Positions 1 to 12,710 are shown, numbered from the whole stretch's first letter. The stretch: 63,828 nt of DNA, filler included, from Octopus bimaculoides (GCF_001194135.2; 8 parts of 7 records of this genome joined end to end with filler, not necessarily neighbours in it), one strand, 5' to 3'. A program made the numbers and translations. Notes: generated from the letters alone by a model not told the origin.

Positions 1-78
<78 letters not shown>

Positions 79-786
79 GTGTCATGGTTGAACTTGATCG
101 TGTTTTGGTGAAGTGTTGAAATGATCCAAACATGAGGAGGAATTATGCTCCAACAGTGTTCTCTGATGCCTTCTCTCCTTGTATCTGCTGCTACGACAGC
201 TGTGGAGATATTTAACAGCTGCCTGGAATAGTTGTCAGTTTAGTGCTGGTGTGGATAAACCGTGGACAGAAACGAGTGATCTTATTTATAGCTAAGCAAA
301 AACACTGCTAATGAATGTATACACTTTTTTTTTATTAGCTTACGTTAGTAAAGACATGTTGGCTCCTATTACCACAGCATCTCCCCCCCCCCTAATTCGG
401 GTGGATATACTCTGACAAGTGAGATAATCAGCTGACACTTGTCTTTCGTCACATTAGTCAACCAATGAAGTGTCATAATAGCTGAGAAGTAAAAGTTAAA
501 AAAAAAAACTTAAGTCTTCAGTTCGATAGATATGAGTTCCAAAGTAAGCTGTTAATGGCTTTTCGTTACGTCCTTGTTCAAAGCATTGTTAGGATTCATT
601 CCTCCAGGTGCCAGAAATATGGGTGGCAGCGAATGCTGATTGAGTCGTTAAAGTGCTAAATGAAGGTGTAACTAACCATATCCCGCATCGACAATAAGAA
701 AATTTAAAATAAAACAAATAAAACAAAAACAAAGATTCACGTTCACAGCAATGACCTATCGTGGGATGAAAAGATACCTTGGCATG

Positions 787-1183
787 TTTGACCGTTTCGT
801 TTCCATATTTCTGCTGAAATACACTGGCATTGTTTCGTTTAATTTTAAAAATAGAGAAGAAATTAGTAAAATAACTTTGTTATTACTAATCTTGTGTTTG
901 AAACTGTTGTGTCGACGACACCAGGCGAAGAATTAGGATCTCCCAAGACATATAAATAGAGGTAGTCTGGTCATGGTAGGAGTGTTGAGTAACAGTCGAG
1001 TAGCTGTTGAGTAGCAGTTATGTAGCGGTTGAGTAGAGATCATCCGAAGGTGCTAGATAGCTTGATAGGTAGCTTGAGACATAACAGAAACTCAACACGA
1101 AATTTTGACGGAAGGTTATAAGAAGCTTTTTGCAAAGAACTAGGTGAAGGTGGTCTTGGGTGGGTTGGTATCAAAATAGTTAA
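787..1183. mobile_element. Non-autonomous DNA element with degenerate TTAA-type ends (piggyBac-like MITE), interrupted by a solo LTR
   Basis: Left end ttgaccgtttcgtttcc matches the reverse complement of right end ggtatcaaaatagttaa at about 11/17 positions; the body is split at 900-1091. The superfamily call is inference. Confidence 0.4.
905..1086 (+). mobile_element. Solo LTR (182 bp)
   Basis: Termini TGTTGTGTC...GACATAACA (8/9 inverted match, TG..CA). Perfect 5-bp direct repeat GAAAC at 900-904 and 1087-1091. Internal TATAAATA box near 951. Confidence 0.75.
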
Positions 1184-1849
1184 TACAAACCATAGCGTTT
1201 AACTCGGAGATTTTCAGCGATCCAGTATTTTCGACCATAAACAGATACCAAGGGAAGCTATAAATTGTGGATGCACAGAATTATGACAAATCTTAAGTCA
1301 TCTTGCAGTGCTGAACACAAACCTGGTTAATGTGGAGTTCAGTGCTGTAAAAAAGTACAAGTAAATCGTAATATAAACCGAAATAACGATAGTGAAATCC
1401 CATAATTTCATTATATTTATATAACTTGAAAACGATGTAAAGAACATACATAAACCATTTTCGCGGTCTCTGGACCTATTTTACCACATATGCTCATACA
1501 GATATGTTCATAAAGCAACTTCCATCCACATTTGTCATCTGAGTTTCTTCTTGGCGCATCCATCGCCTTTTGACAGTTTGTGTATGCATTTTCGCATCAT
1601 TAGATAAGCAAAAGTTAATGAATGGCTCAAAATTATGTGGTGGCCTAAACTAACAGAGGAAGCCCAGCCATCGGATATCAAATACGTCCCTGTGACTTTT
1701 CATTGATGTTCGTTGTTGGGTTTACTACGTTGCAGTGGTATACCTCAGCTGCTATTTCAGAAATCTAGAAGATACGATACAACTAGGTGCTTGTGTTTAG
1801 GAAATTATAAGGTTTCCCTATCGTCAGTTCCGGCAACTAAACTGCATGT

Positions 1850-2228
1850 TAAAGCTGTATGGTAAGAAGTTTCCTTCCCAACCACAGGGTTCCGGGTTCA
1901 ATCCTATTGCATGGTACTCTGGGCAAGTGTTTTCTACTATAGCCTCAGGCTGACCAAAGACTTGTGAGTGTATTTCGTAGACAGAAACTGAAAGAAGCCG
2001 TCGTCAGTGTGTGTGTCTGTGTGCATGTGTTTGTCCCCCACCACTGCTTGACAACCGGTAGTGGTCTGCCTACGTCCCCGTAACAAAGCGGTTTGGCAAA
2101 ACAGACCGATAGAATATGTACCAGACTTTACAAAATATAAGTAGTAGAGTCGATTCGTTCGACTAAAATTGTTGAAGGTGGTGCCCCAGCATGACCGCAG
2201 TTTAATGGCTGAAACAAGAAAAAGAAAA
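1850..2228 (+). mobile_element. Bipartite tRNA-derived SINE (family S1: head/A module + GT microsatellite + B module)
   Basis: B-box-like GGTTCAATCC, then ggcaagtgtttctactatagcc...agaaactgaaagaagc, then ...ccagcatgaccgcag...gaaacaagaaaaaga tail. Many homologous copies in the window. Confidence 0.8.
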
Positions 2229-2599
2229 CCTTTCCAAGGACTAAAATAGGGTAACACTGGTTACCCTTCTTCCACCATCAATAAGCCAACGTATAATGAA
2301 ATGCTATTCAAGCAATCAAACTTCTGAGTAATTGGTTATTACTATTTTCGGTTTACGAATTAAAAAGAAAAAATTATCATCGCATTTAAAGAGGAACATG
2401 TTATACCTCATGCAAGTCTGAAATTCGTATTAAGAACAAAAAAAAAAAAGGTTGCATAATCTTAAGTGACCGAAAAGAGCAAAACTTCGAAATGTAATTA
2501 AAATATGATAGTTGTGGTTATGCATTTGAACATCATTTTTACCATCATTTTCACCATTTTGTAGAAAGTGGATCAATGCGTACATTATATTGGTTTCAA

Positions 2600-2785
2600 A
2601 TTATTGCACAAGGCCAATGATTTCGGGGAAGCGGTAAGTCCAACTGCTTATTATTTTATCAACCCCGAAAGGATGAAAGGCAAAGTCGACCTCGGCGGAA
2701 TTTGAACTCAGAACATGAAGACGGATGAAATGCTGCTGAGCATTTTATCTGGCGAAGCTAACAATTCTGCCAGCTCTCCGCCTTC
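2600..2785 (-). mobile_element. tRNA-derived SINE (family S2)
   Basis: ccccgaaaggatgaaaggcaaagtcgacctcggcggaatttgaactcagaac is shared with copies at 30.9 kb and 34.3-35.4 kb; the minus strand reads GAGTTCAAATTC (B-box). Confidence 0.8.
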
Positions 2786-2815
2786 TAATTCGTTCATTAA
2801 GATAGATAGATAGAT

Positions 2816-2866
<51 letters not shown>

Positions 2867-3427
2867 CACACTCTCTCACACACACACACNNNNNNNNNNN
2901 NNNNNNNNNNNNNNNNNNNNNNNNNNNNNNNNNNNNNNNNNNNNNNNNNNNNNNNNNNNNNNNNNNNNNNNNNNNNNNNNNNNNNNNNNNNNNNNNNNNN
3001 NNNNNNNNNNNNNNNNNNNNNNNNNNNNNNNNNNNNNNNNNNNNNNNNNNNNNNNNNNNNNNNNNNNNNNNNNNNNNNNNNNNNNNNNNNNNNNNNNNNN
3101 NNNNNNNNNNNNNNNNNNNNNNNNNNNNNNNNNNNNNNNNNNNNNNNNNNNNNNNNNNNNNNNNNNNNNNNNNNNNNNNNNNNNNNNNNNNNNNNNNNNN
3201 NNNNNNNNNNNNNNNNNNNNNNNNNNNNNNNNNNNNNNNNNNNNNNNNNNNNNNNNNNNNNNNNNNNNNNNNNNNNNNNNNNNNNNNNNNNNNNNNNNNN
3301 NNNNNNNNNNNNNNNNNNNNNNNNNNNNNNNNNNNNNNNNNNNNNNNNNNNNNNNNNNNNNNNNNNNNNNNNNNNNNNNNNNNNNNNNNNNNNNNNNNNN
3401 NNNNNNNNNNNNNNNNNNNNNNNNNNN

Positions 3428-3488
<61 letters not shown>

Positions 3489-3489
<1 letters not shown>

Positions 3490-3877
3490 AAAGCAGCGAC
3501 TGAAGGATTTTTAATTGCAGTATAAGATCAAAACCTTCCCACCAGAAATCACCAAAAACACATAATGAAAAGAAACATAACAAGTAACTGCAGAATATGT
3601 GGAGATGGAGAAGAAACAATAAATCATATTGTCTCTGGATGCCCAGTCCTGGCTAAGAAAGAATATATTCAGAGACACAACGGGTTTGACACCTGTATAC
3701 ACTGGAAACTATGCCAACACTATGGAGTAACAACAGAAAAAGGTCACAGAAAATGAGAAAGCAACCATACACATACATAGAGAAATCAAGGCCAATAGAC
3801 CGGATATGGTTGTCAGAGATCACCAAGAAAAAATATGCTTTCTAATCGATGTATCAATACCAACAGATGACAATGTT
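3489..3877 (+). mobile_element. R4/Dong-like non-LTR retrotransposon fragment (CCHC knuckle + restriction-like endonuclease)
   Basis: Translation gives EGFLIA..DQNLPTRN, CRICGDGEETINHIVSGCPVLAKKEYIQRHN and RPDMVVRD..KICFLIDVSIPTDDN (PD..D motif); stops and frameshifts present. Confidence 0.85.
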
Positions 3878-5255
3878 TCTTCACCAAAGTCCCAACTGGT
3901 GAAGCACTATCTGTGATTCAAGAAAAATTAATGACTGACACCCATCTAAAAGAACGCACTAGTATACCAATAAGAAACTTGATGGAAATGTTGTCCTTCA
4001 TTGTAGAAACTACCTACTTCAGTATGGACACTGATATATCGACACGAAGAGGGTTTAGTTATGGGTTCGCCATTATCACCGATAATAGCCAATATATACA
4101 TGGAATACTTTGAGAATTTGGTTTTAGGATCAACACCACTAAACCCAACCCTATGGCTGCGATATGTTGATGACATCGTCATACTCTGGCCGCACCAGGA
4201 AGATGTCCAAAATGCTGTTAGATCATGTCAACTCAATAAAGCCATCCATACAGTTCACAATGGAAAAAGAAAAAAAGACAATCAGCTAGCATTCCTGGAT
4301 GTATTAATAACACACACCAAGTATGGATTCAGGACATCTGTATACCGCAAGCCGACCTTCACTGGGTGATACCTCAACTTCAACAGTGTAAAGAAATGGA
4401 TTGCTCAGTGCCTAAAACATCGAGCAAAGAATATAAGTAGCGATCGTGATACCCACCACGAAGAAATGAACAAGCTCAGTAAAAATCTATTAAGTAACAA
4501 CTACTCCAAAAGCATACTCTCCACTCCAATTATGAAGAAAAGAGAGGATGAAACCGATAAACTGTCCACAGTCTGTCTACCCTATGTGAAAGGCCTCTCC
4601 GAAAAGATAGAAAAGATATGCGGCCTATATGACATCAGGACAGTATTCAAAAGTAATACAACAATTTGCTAATATCTCCTTTGAGTAAAACAACCAATAG
4701 AAAAGAATATGACTAAGAACTGCGTGCACTCCATCCCATGCAGCTGTGGTAGGTTATACAAAGACGAAACATGTCGCCCCCTCAAAATAATGGTAGAGGA
4801 ATATCGCAAAGCTGTGACACGGGGAGATATTGATAAATCGGGTATAGCTGATCGTGTATTGAAAAATGGAGACCACCCCCTGTGGGATGAAATTAAAATA
4901 ATAGACAGAGAACACCACTGGAAAAAACGAAAACTAAAAGAAGCAGTACATATGCTAGGACACAACCTCCTACGCAGACCGAGTGCAGATATGAACAGCA
5001 TATGGGAACCGGTATTAAGGAAGGATAGGAGAATATTAGATTTATAAGCCCTAAAATTCACTCCANNNNNNNNNNATAATAATAATAGTAATGATAATAA
5101 TAATAATAGCAACAACAACAACAACATCGAAAAATACCTTAGGAATGAGAACTCAGGTTCGAAATTTCCTCAAGACACCTGATGAAGGCTGGAGGGTATA
5201 TCAGCCGAAACGTTGTATTAACAACAAACAAGATGAAGACAAATATCCGTCAATC
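3878..5255 (+). mobile_element. 5'-truncated Penelope-like element (Penelope/Poseidon type): RT, GIY-YIG endonuclease and 3' pseudo-LTR
   Basis: FTKVP, MGSPLSPIIANIYMEYFE, WLRYVDD, LAFLDVLI, SVYRKPTFTG, then CVHSIPCSCGRLY..ETCRPL across frameshifts; HHR-bearing tail at 5130-5255. Confidence 0.9.
5175..5218 (+). ncRNA. Minimal type I hammerhead ribozyme in PLE pseudo-LTR
   Basis: acac-CTGATGA-a-GGCTG(gagggtatat)CAGCC-GAAA-CGT-T-gtat. Intact core, 5-bp stem II, palindromic ACGT stem III; stem I has one mismatch. Confidence 0.8.
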
Positions 5256-5257
5256 AT

Positions 5258-5572
5258 AGCCATGTGTCGAGAAGAATTCTTTGAGGTTTGGATAATTCGC
5301 TTTTGGAAACATGGGTGTTTTGTTCAACATCATTAAACAAACCCCAGAGACCTTTTGAGCGGGATGGGCTACTCGACCTGAAGAAAATTCTAACTGGGCC
5401 CCACCTACAAGATCATGCGCTATTTATCTTGATATGAGATCACCATGTCGCGCACATATGGTTGTGATGCATGTGCCTGGTGTACCCTTATCAGACGGGT
5501 AGTCATGATGGGTATAATGGGCTTTGTATATTTTACCCCAGTGTCACTTTGATGGCATGCACTGCTCTCTCA
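5258..5572. repeat. Unclassified interspersed repeat abutting (AAT)n
   Basis: Non-coding, more GC-rich block between two retroelements; resembles an abundant octopod repeat as remembered, not verified. Confidence 0.4.
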
Positions 5573-5586
5573 CATAATAATAATAA

Positions 5587-6941
5587 AGGTTTCTATAAGT
5601 ATCTTGGGGTGCACGAAGGGAAAGGGATTCAACACAGATCAATGAAAGAGAAGATCAGGAAAGAGTATTACAGACGTGTCAGAAGGATCCTGAATAGTGA
5701 GCTGAACTCCCAGAATAGAAATGCAGCTATAAATTTCCTGGCAGTACCGGTTGTCCAGTATAGCCTTCATGTCATCAATTAGAATCTGAGCGTAATTCAG
5801 TGTATGGACATAAAGACCAGAAAACTCCTGGACTAAACAGGATACACCACCCAAAAGTCAGACGTGTACAGGCTCTATCCCCCACGAAAGGAAGGCGGTA
5901 GAGGTCTAACCCAACTTGAAACGTCCTACAAAACGACCACGATAGGACTCCCAAGTGTACATCCAAAGTAACACCGACTGGATGATGCAGCTGGTAAGGC
6001 AACATAGACAGAATAAGAAACTTCACTCAATCTCAAAGGAGGCATGTAAATACAGACGGGAGCTTAACCTCTCTGATTATGATGATGATGATAAGGATGA
6101 CAGCAGAAAAGTGTAAAACAAAAGCCAAACAGGAAAGCTTGACGGTAATATAGAGACTGCTGCAGGAAAAACCATTGCATAAGCAATACACCAAACAAGC
6201 TACGGAAGCTGATATAGTTATGAGAAGAACTCGTCTGTGGCTGCAGAGTGAAACAAAAGGATTTATTCTAGCGACGCAAGATCAGAATCTCCTCACTCGG
6301 AACTATCAATCTAATGTCACACGCAATGAGATAGACACAAAGTGTAGACTCTGCAATGACAAATTGGAGATCATTGACCACATGGTCGCCAGTTGCTCAG
6401 TCCTTGCCTCTATAGAATATAAAATCAAGCATGATCGAGCTGGCCAGTACTTGCATTGGAGCGTATGATATCTCGCACCCTAAGAACTGGTATGAACACC
6501 ATCCAGAGCCAGTCACTGAGGGGGATAATGTTACCATCCTATGGAATTGTAGGATAATACAGAAAAGCAAATAAGTGCTAATAGACCAGACATCGTCATC
6601 AAAGACATAAGACAAAAAACTTGTCTGTTATTGATATGACAGCAAAGGAATTTGAAAAACTGTCGAAATATAAGGACCTTGGGATTGAGATAACTAGGAT
6701 GTGACAATTAAAAACCAAAACTATCCCCGTTGTTGTAGGTACCCTGGGAATGATCAAGAAAGGTAGTGACGAAATTTTAACCTGATCATTGGAAAACCAA
6801 CAATCTATGAGACTCAAAAATTTGTATTGACATCAACCACCCACATTCTCAGGAAGTTTCTCTCCATCTAATATGTATGTGCCTTAGGTCTCTGGTTGAG
6901 ACCCTGTCGGAAGATGAAATAAATTGTAAATCAATCGGAAA

Positions 6942-6943
<2 letters not shown>
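5587..6943 (+). mobile_element. 5'-truncated R4/Dong-like non-LTR retrotransposon inserted in (TAA)n
   Basis: YKYLGV..KIRKEYYRRVRRILNSELNSQN, RKEGGRGL, GFILATQDQNLLTRNY, CRLCND..DHMVASC, RPDIVIKD, KYKDL, IPVVVGTLGMI. (TAA)n flanks at 5573-5586 and 6944-7003. Confidence 0.9.
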
Positions 6944-7004
<61 letters not shown>

Positions 7005-7037
7005 CATTCTACGCAAAACACTTTCAANNNNNNNNNN

Positions 7038-7123
<86 letters not shown>

Positions 7124-7194
7124 AAATGTCCTGGTGCAGTACCAGCAGTGTTTCTCATGGCTTTTGATCTTAACTGCTTGGAAGTGTTATCATG

Positions 7195-7710
7195 TGCATG
7201 GAACAAGGCTGGTTGTTAAAATAGCCATGCATCATGTGTTGGAAGCAACAATAATTTACAGGCAACATGATGCGTGAGAATGTCTTCATTCCAAAGATCA
7301 CTCTCATCACAAATGATCTTCCCTTTCAGTTCAAGAGACTGCAGTTTCCTGTCAAACTGAGCTTTACAATGTCTATCAACAAAGCATAAGGTCAATCTAT
7401 AAAGGTGGTGGGACTTAACCTTCTTCAACCATTCTTCTCACATGGTCAGCTGTATGTTGGATGTACCAGAGCTGGAGATGAAAAGAACCTCTACATACTC
7501 CGTGATAAACATGGCAAGACCGAAAACAGAGTATATGAAGAAGAACTTACATGGATAGTATGTGCATATAATGTACAGAAGTGTAAAACCATTGAGTATT
7601 AAAAGTAAGTATTACTTTCTGAGAAATAGACTAATCTAATACTACAAGCAAAGAGTACGGTGTTAAGGCTATGAGTTTATAACCCGAGTGAAACTGGGTC
7701 CTTTTGTTTG
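7195..7710 (+). mobile_element. Helitron 3' fragment (Pif1 helicase C-terminus + terminal hairpin)
   Basis: GTRLVVK, VFIPKITL, FKRLQFPVKLSFTMSINKA*GQS, FSHGQLYVGCTR; hairpin acccg..tgggt at 7682-7699. Confidence 0.9.
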
Positions 7711-7734
7711 TGTGTGTGTGTGTGTAATGTAACC

Positions 7735-7920
7735 ACATGTGAATCGTTGGCTATTTTCTTCTTCCGTCTTCCCTTCTATTAGATTTTCCTCTGTTTCCGA
7801 AGAAGAGCGTCTGCTCGGAACGTTAAACCACCTTTCTTTCCTTCCTTGAGTGTCTGCTAATACATTACATGTACCACGTCCTTGCGTTGTTGTGTTTTTT
7901 GTGTTTGTTCTTTTTGGATT
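7735..7920 (+). mobile_element. Short PLE-derived repeat with mutated hammerhead (7793-7828)
   Basis: gttt-CCGAAGA-a-GAGC(gtct)GCTC-GGAA-CGT-T-aaac. All stems pair but two core positions are substituted. Related to the 9.7, 17.7 and 58.9 kb copies. Confidence 0.6.
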
Positions 7921-7944
7921 TACTATATATATATATATATATAT

Positions 7945-8044
7945 NNNNNNNNNNNNNNNNNNNNNNNNNNNNNNNNNNNNNNNNNNNNTTAATTAATTAA
8001 NNNNNNNNNNNNNNNNNNNNNNNNNNNNNNNNNNNNNNNNNNNN
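7945..8044. other. Artificial scaffold spacer N44-TTAATTAATTAA-N44
   Basis: The same 100-bp structure recurs at 12286, 28066, 37340, 48934, 54118 and 61640; the 12-mer places stop codons in all six frames. Confidence 0.95.
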
Positions 8045-8137
8045 ATATATATATATATATATATATATACATATGTATATATATATGTATATATATATAA
8101 AAATATATGTATACATATGTATAGATATATATATATA

Positions 8138-8445
8138 TCGTGGCGCTCCGTCGGTGACGACGAGGGTTCCAGTTGATCCGATCCACGGAACATCCTGCTC
8201 ATGAAATTTACGTGCAAGTGGATGAGCACTACACAGACACGTGTACCTTTAACGTAGTCCTCGAGGAGATTCAGCGCGACACAGAGCGTGACAAGTCTGG
8301 CCCTTTTAAATACAGATACAACAGAAACAGGAAGAACGAGTGAGAGAAAGTTGTGGTGAAATTGTGGAGCTTTAGGTGTTTTCACTCGGTCTGGGAATGG
8401 AAACCGCAATCCTACGACCGCGAGTCCACTCACACGCGCGCACAT
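8138..8445 (-). mobile_element. tRNA-derived SINE (family S3)
   Basis: Homologous to 32765-33145 (-) and to the head at 52603-52800 (+). Confidence 0.8.
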
Positions 8446-8869
8446 ACACACACATATCTATATACTACCAAAACTCTCTGATTGCTTGCTCGCGTGCTTG
8501 TATGTCATTTAATATAGGCAAACCTCCGCATAATGGGAAAATACTTTGAATTAAGGTACTTCTGAATAAAAACGGAAAGAAACAAGTTTCGCGTAAATCG
8601 GACCACGGATATACGGGCTTTTTTCGGGGTACCTTCATAAATACCCACAACGGTGCATTATGAGAAAATACTCCGAAAGTAACATAACCCTGAGAGTGAA
8701 GAAACTCTAACCTTTTGATTAACATTAAACATTATGATCAATGTCATCTGTATTTTGAAGACAAACTTAACGACCTGGGCAAATGTCTTAGTGACATTAA
8801 CTTGCCAAAGAAAAAAATATGAGTTGTTTTTATAGTAAATGTTTCTATTTTCGCTTTTGTTAAACACAA

Positions 8870-9300
8870 TATTTTAATCATTTAGAAATATTTCTAAGTG
8901 AAATATTAAAAAATACAAGATGTTTATACAGTAAGCATTTGCATTTTAGCTTTCTTTAAACAGACGATATTCTAATTTTTTCAGAAATTATTTTCAAGTG
9001 AGTACCATCAAAAGGATTTTTGGCATATTTAAGAAATATTTTAAAGTGGAAATGACTTAAAAAATACAAATTCTTTGTACAGTGAATATTTGCATTTCAG
9101 CTTTCTTTAAACAGACAATATTTTGAGTATTAAAAAGTGTTTTTAAGAGAATATGATTTGAAAAATACCAGTTGTTTGTACAATAAATATTCATATTTAA
9201 CTTTCTCAGAAAATACAATATGTTCATTATTTACAAATATTTTTCAGTGATGACTTTAAAAACATTATTTTTTGAGGTAATGAGAATTTTTCTAAGGTCA
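8870..9300. repeat. Degenerate AT-rich tandem repeat (about 3 units, 100-150 bp period)
   Basis: aaaaatac..tttgtacagt.aatatttgcattt.agctttctttaaacagac recurs at about 8910, 9060 and 9160. Confidence 0.6.
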
Positions 9301-9585
9301 ATATGTTTTTATATTCTTAGATCATGCCTCGACGAGGAACAAAGTAAACATCTGGTTCGTCTGTAGACAGTGGGAAGACAGTGCGGCAAGGAGAGCCGAG
9401 GAAGGTGAGCCAGATAATGGTGAGTGCCAAGAACAAGATGGGACAAGCATGCGAGTAGAAAGACCGATGAGACTGATAAAGCGAGGGCTGAATGTCTGAC
9501 GGAACAGAGGGAAAGAGACATATATAAGCCAAATGCGCTTATATATGTGTGTTTGTGTCTGTGTGTGCGTGATTTTTACCTGGTC

Positions 9586-9646
<61 letters not shown>

Positions 9647-9659
9647 CTACACACATACA

Positions 9660-9860
9660 TATGCGCACACAAATATACATAATATATGGGAGAATTTACG
9701 AAAAAAACAACAGACGAGGACAGGTGGCGTAAACAATAAAAGGATGTATTAGTTTAACGCTCGAGAATAGAGAAAGTCTTTAACGTTTCGAGCTACGCTC
9801 TTCAACAGAAAGAATAAGGAGAAAACAAGGAGGAAAACACGGAGAAAAAAAATTGAATGT
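9660..9860 (-). mobile_element. PLE-derived pseudo-LTR repeat
   Basis: Homologous (inverted) to 17650-17820 and 58930-59070; carries an HHR. Confidence 0.7.
9777..9813 (-). ncRNA. Minimal type I hammerhead ribozyme, CUGUUGA core variant
   Basis: Minus strand: TCTTT-CTGTTGA-a-GAGC(gta)GCTC-GAAA-CGT-T-AAAGA; all helices pair fully. Confidence 0.7.
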
Positions 9861-12011
9861 TGTGGTCAGCGATTTATCATGGTGACTGCCGGACAGAAAG
9901 TTCGCACAGGAGAGCTAAGAGAAAGGGGGAGATAACAAAAGGGGAAAGAAGCGGTGATCCAAATACGAGAAGCTGTGTGTGTGTGAGAGATATTGCTGGT
10001 GATCTTAACGTATGTATGTGTGTATGTAGGTGTGAAAACATGGGGAAGGTGGGAGTTCTTGCTTGTAATTGAATATCCATATACGCTCGAGTGTCTATAT
10101 GTATGTATTTATGTACATACATAAATATATGGTCGAGAGACAGGCAGAAATAGACTACGTTTGAGGATATATAGGAGTGTGCACCGGCATGTGACCTTGA
10201 GAGAGAAACAAAGAAAGGAAGAAAAGGGGGAAAGAAAGGAAGAAAGAAAGAATGAGGGAAATAGAGAGTACATATTCCTACACGTGATAATGTTTATATA
10301 AGTATAAGAACGTTCGATTGTGATTCTCAATTTTCCATCGTCATTTACCCCCGTATCGCGTGATTTGGTTCCAATCAAGGAAACCATTTGAATTAATGCT
10401 TCGCAGTTTTGCGCATGATTAAGTTTTGGTTAACGGCGACACCGTTTGACGACGCAGAAAGACATTTATTTCATTAAAGATGACTACAGTTGGCATACAT
10501 ACATACATACATATCTGCATACATACATATATGAATACATACATATGCATACATATGCATACATATACACACACACACACAAACACATACACACACATAT
10601 ATATATATGCATATAAAGTTTATCATTCGGTTACTTAACAGCGTTAGCAGTCACTAGTTATATATATATATATATATATNNNNNNNNNNNNNNNNNNNNN
10701 NNNNNNNNNNNNNNNNNNNNNNNNNNNNNNNNNNNNNNNNNNNNNNNNNNNNNNNNNNNNNNNNNNNNNNNNNNNNNNNNNNNNNNNNNNNNNNNNNNNN
10801 NNNNNNNNNNNNNNNNNNNNNNNNNNNNNNNNNNNNNNNNNNNNNNNNNNNNNNNNNNNNNNNNNNNNNNNNNNNNNNNNNNNNNNNNNNNNNNNNNNNN
10901 NNNNNNNNNNNNNNNNNNNNNNNNNNNNNNNNNNNNNNNNNNNNNNNNNNNNNNNNNNNNNNNNNNNNNNNNNNNNNNNNNNNNNNNNNNNNNNNNNNNN
11001 NNNNNNNNNNNNNNNNNNNNNNNNNNNNNNNNNNNNNNNNNNNNNNNNNNNNNNNNNNNNNNNNNNNNNNNNNNNNNNNNNNNNNNNNNNNNNNNNNNNN
11101 NNNNNNNNNNNNNNNNNNNNNNNNNNNNNNNNNNNNNNNNNNNNNNNNNNNNNNNNNNNNNNNNNNNNNNNNNNNNNNNNNNNNNNNNNNNNNNNNNNNN
11201 NNNNNNNNNNNNNNNNNNNNNNNNNNNNNNNNNNNNNNNNNNNNNNNNNNNNNNNNNNNNNNNNNNNNNNNNNNNNNNNNNNNNNNNNNNNNNNNNNNNN
11301 NNNNNNNNNNNNNNNNNNNNNNNNNNNNNNNNNNNNNNNNNNNNNNNNNNNNNNNNNNNNNNNNNNNNNNNNNNNNNNNNNNNNNNNNNNNNNNNNNNNN
11401 NNNNNNNNNNNNNNNNNNNNNNNNNNNNNNNNNNNNNNNNNNNNNNNNNNNNNNNNNNNNNNNNNNNNNNNNNNNNNNNNNNNNNNNNNNNNNNNNNNNN
11501 NNNNNNNNNNNNNNNNNNNNNNNNNNNNNNNNNNNNNNNNNNNNNNNNNNNNNNNNNNNNNNNNNNNNNNNNNNNNNNNNNNNNNNNNNNNNNNNNNNAA
11601 GATATATACATACTTACATACAAACATTCGTATATAATGCATACGAGCACAAAAACATGCGTACATACATAAATATATACGTAGTATGATCTTCACTTCG
11701 AAATTTAAATTAAATGGTGTGCTCTGTATGAAAGCTGTAATTCTCATTATTATCTTACCTTAAATTAATGCATGTAAATATATATATATAAAGGGATTGT
11801 TATAATGGATCTATACTTGTACGCAATATGTCATGAAGACTTCACGATGACTTAGGAAAGTCGTTTTCCTGAATAAATAACAACTGTATGAGAATCTTGC
11901 TTCCCAACTACAATGTTCCGTGTTCACTCCCACTGCGTGGCACATTCGGCAATTGCCGGTTATCCTAGCCTCCGGCCAACCAAAGCGGGTGCATATACAT
12001 ACATACGTACA

Positions 12012-12047
<36 letters not shown>

Positions 12048-12215
12048 TATATATTTGCTTTACTACCTTCATATCAGCTTGTTTGGGATTTCTCTTATAA
12101 CCACCCTTGACGCCGTGGGCCTTGCTCTGCATAAAAATTCGGAGACCAAGTACATATTCATTTGAGCACTACTACTTGTTGCCTATACTGGGCAGTTCTA
12201 GCCCCCGCTTATTGA

Positions 12216-12285
<70 letters not shown>

Positions 12286-12385
12286 NNNNNNNNNNNNNNN
12301 NNNNNNNNNNNNNNNNNNNNNNNNNNNNNTTAATTAATTAANNNNNNNNNNNNNNNNNNNNNNNNNNNNNNNNNNNNNNNNNNNN

Positions 12386-12440
<55 letters not shown>

Positions 12441-12493
12441 ATGCATGTTTGTGTGTGTGTGTGTGTGTGCGTGTGTGTGTGTGTGTATGAAAG

Positions 12494-12710
12494 CGCATGG
12501 CTCACTGGTTACAGCGTCGAGCTTACGATCGTGAGGTTGTGAGAGTTCGAATCCCGGACCGGGGTGTGTGTTGTGTTCTTGATCAGGACACCTTGTTTCA
12601 CGTGGACCCATTTCACTCAGCTGTAGAAATGAGTTGCCACGTCACAGGTGCCAAGTTGTATCGGCCTTTGCCTTTCCCTTGGATAACATCAGTTGCGATG
12701 TATTCTCATC
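12494..12710 (+). mobile_element. tRNA-derived SINE (separate family with CORE/Meta-like centre)
   Basis: A-box-like TGGCTCACTGG, B-box GTTCGAATCCC, then gtgttcttga.caggacac...cactcagctgtagaaatgagt, similar to 54378-54610. Confidence 0.7.

Noticed and set aside
7989-8000. TTAATTAATTAA palindrome as a biological site
   Set aside because: It is always centred in a 100-bp N spacer, so it is an artificial six-frame-stop linker.
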